Assembly: GCA_963744145.1 (NCBI GenBank)
Contig: CAVUSO010000001.1
Span: 6,272,001-6,336,000 of the forward strand
DNA length: 64,000 nt
From: an uncultured cyanobacterium
GTDB lineage: Bacteria; Cyanobacteriota; Cyanobacteriia; Cyanobacteriales; CAWUOF01
Reading direction: 5' to 3'
Both the position numbers and the translations under genes were made by a program. How positions within the stretch are numbered: position 1 is the stretch's first letter; each line of letters opens with the position of its first letter. The notes beneath the pieces were generated by a model. It was not told the origin of the DNA. It saw nothing but the letters and a program-made list of their open reading frames with translations, and did no database searches. This document shows positions 63,543-64,000 of this stretch, piece by piece.

Positions 63543-64000
63543 GTGCTACAACGCCTCAAGCAGGACTTAAAAAATGACCTGATTGCGGGTCTTCTGGTAG
63601 TTATTCCCCTGGCTACCACGATTTGGCTAACAATTACGATCGCGAGCTGGGTCGTCAATTTTCTCACCCGCATTCCCAAACAAATTAACCCATTTGACAA
63701 TTTACACCCAATCTTAGGGAATCTCATTAATTTATTGGTCGGGTTTGCTGTACCGTTGAGCTGCATTTTGTTAATTGGATTGATGGCTCGGAATATTGCC
63801 GGACGATGGTTGCTCGATTTAGGTGAAAGACTTTTACAAGCAATCCCCTTAGCAGGAGCCGTATACAAAACCCTGAAACAGTTACTAGAAACTCTACTCA
63901 AAGACTCAAATGGAAAATTTCGGCGGGTAATTTTAATCGAATATCCTCGTCGTGGGATCTGGACGATCGGGTTTGTGACGGGTACTCTCGGTGAGGATTT
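63543..64000 (+). CDS. DUF502 family membrane protein (3' partial)
   Basis: Not in the ORF track. GTG 63543 reads MLQRLKQDLKNDLIAGLLVVIPLATTIW...IPLAGAVYKTLKQ...FRRVILIEYPRRG. Confidence 0.88.
   Translation, partial: MLQRLKQDLKNDLIAGLLVVIPLATTIWLTITIASWVVNFLTRIPKQINPFDNLHPILGNLINLLVGFAVPLSCILLIGLMARNIAGRWLLDLGERLLQAIPLAGAVYKTLKQLLETLLKDSNGKFRRVILIEYPRRGIWTIGFVTGTLGED

Overview
Chromosomal DNA from a beta-cyanobacterium, probably filamentous: the HIP1 octamer GCGATCGC is dense and STRR heptamer repeats are present. Core content: a CmpR-like LysR regulator (5'-partial at the window edge), ccmK2K1LMNO divergent from ndhF4-ndhD4-cupB, a P-type ATPase, recF, a SigD-like sigma factor with an HLR1 box, mutT, an IscS-like desulfurase, sasA, smpB, yebC, rimP-nusA-ylxR-infB, cobN, cikA, nanE, an HpsJ-family gene and a DUF502 gene. 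Accessory content: six Uma2 nucleases, toxin-antitoxin modules, nested ISL3/IS630 elements, an IS200/IS605 element with intact tnpA and destroyed tnpB, MITEs and many GTAG-type REP-like palindromes. Main findings: (1) a vWA + Zn-ribbon/FHA operon and a GlnX-like four-TM sensor that resemble parts of the actinobacterial GlnH-GlnX-PknG signalling module; (2) a 28-nt palindrome found three times inside IS elements, apparently replacing target bases; (3) frame disruptions in infB, cobN and a 2TM gene that all abut GGWCC or GGCC methylation motifs; (4) a 15-nt LysR-type box shared by the cmpR and ccmK/ndhF4 promoters. All family calls come from motif recognition by eye; no database searches were run.
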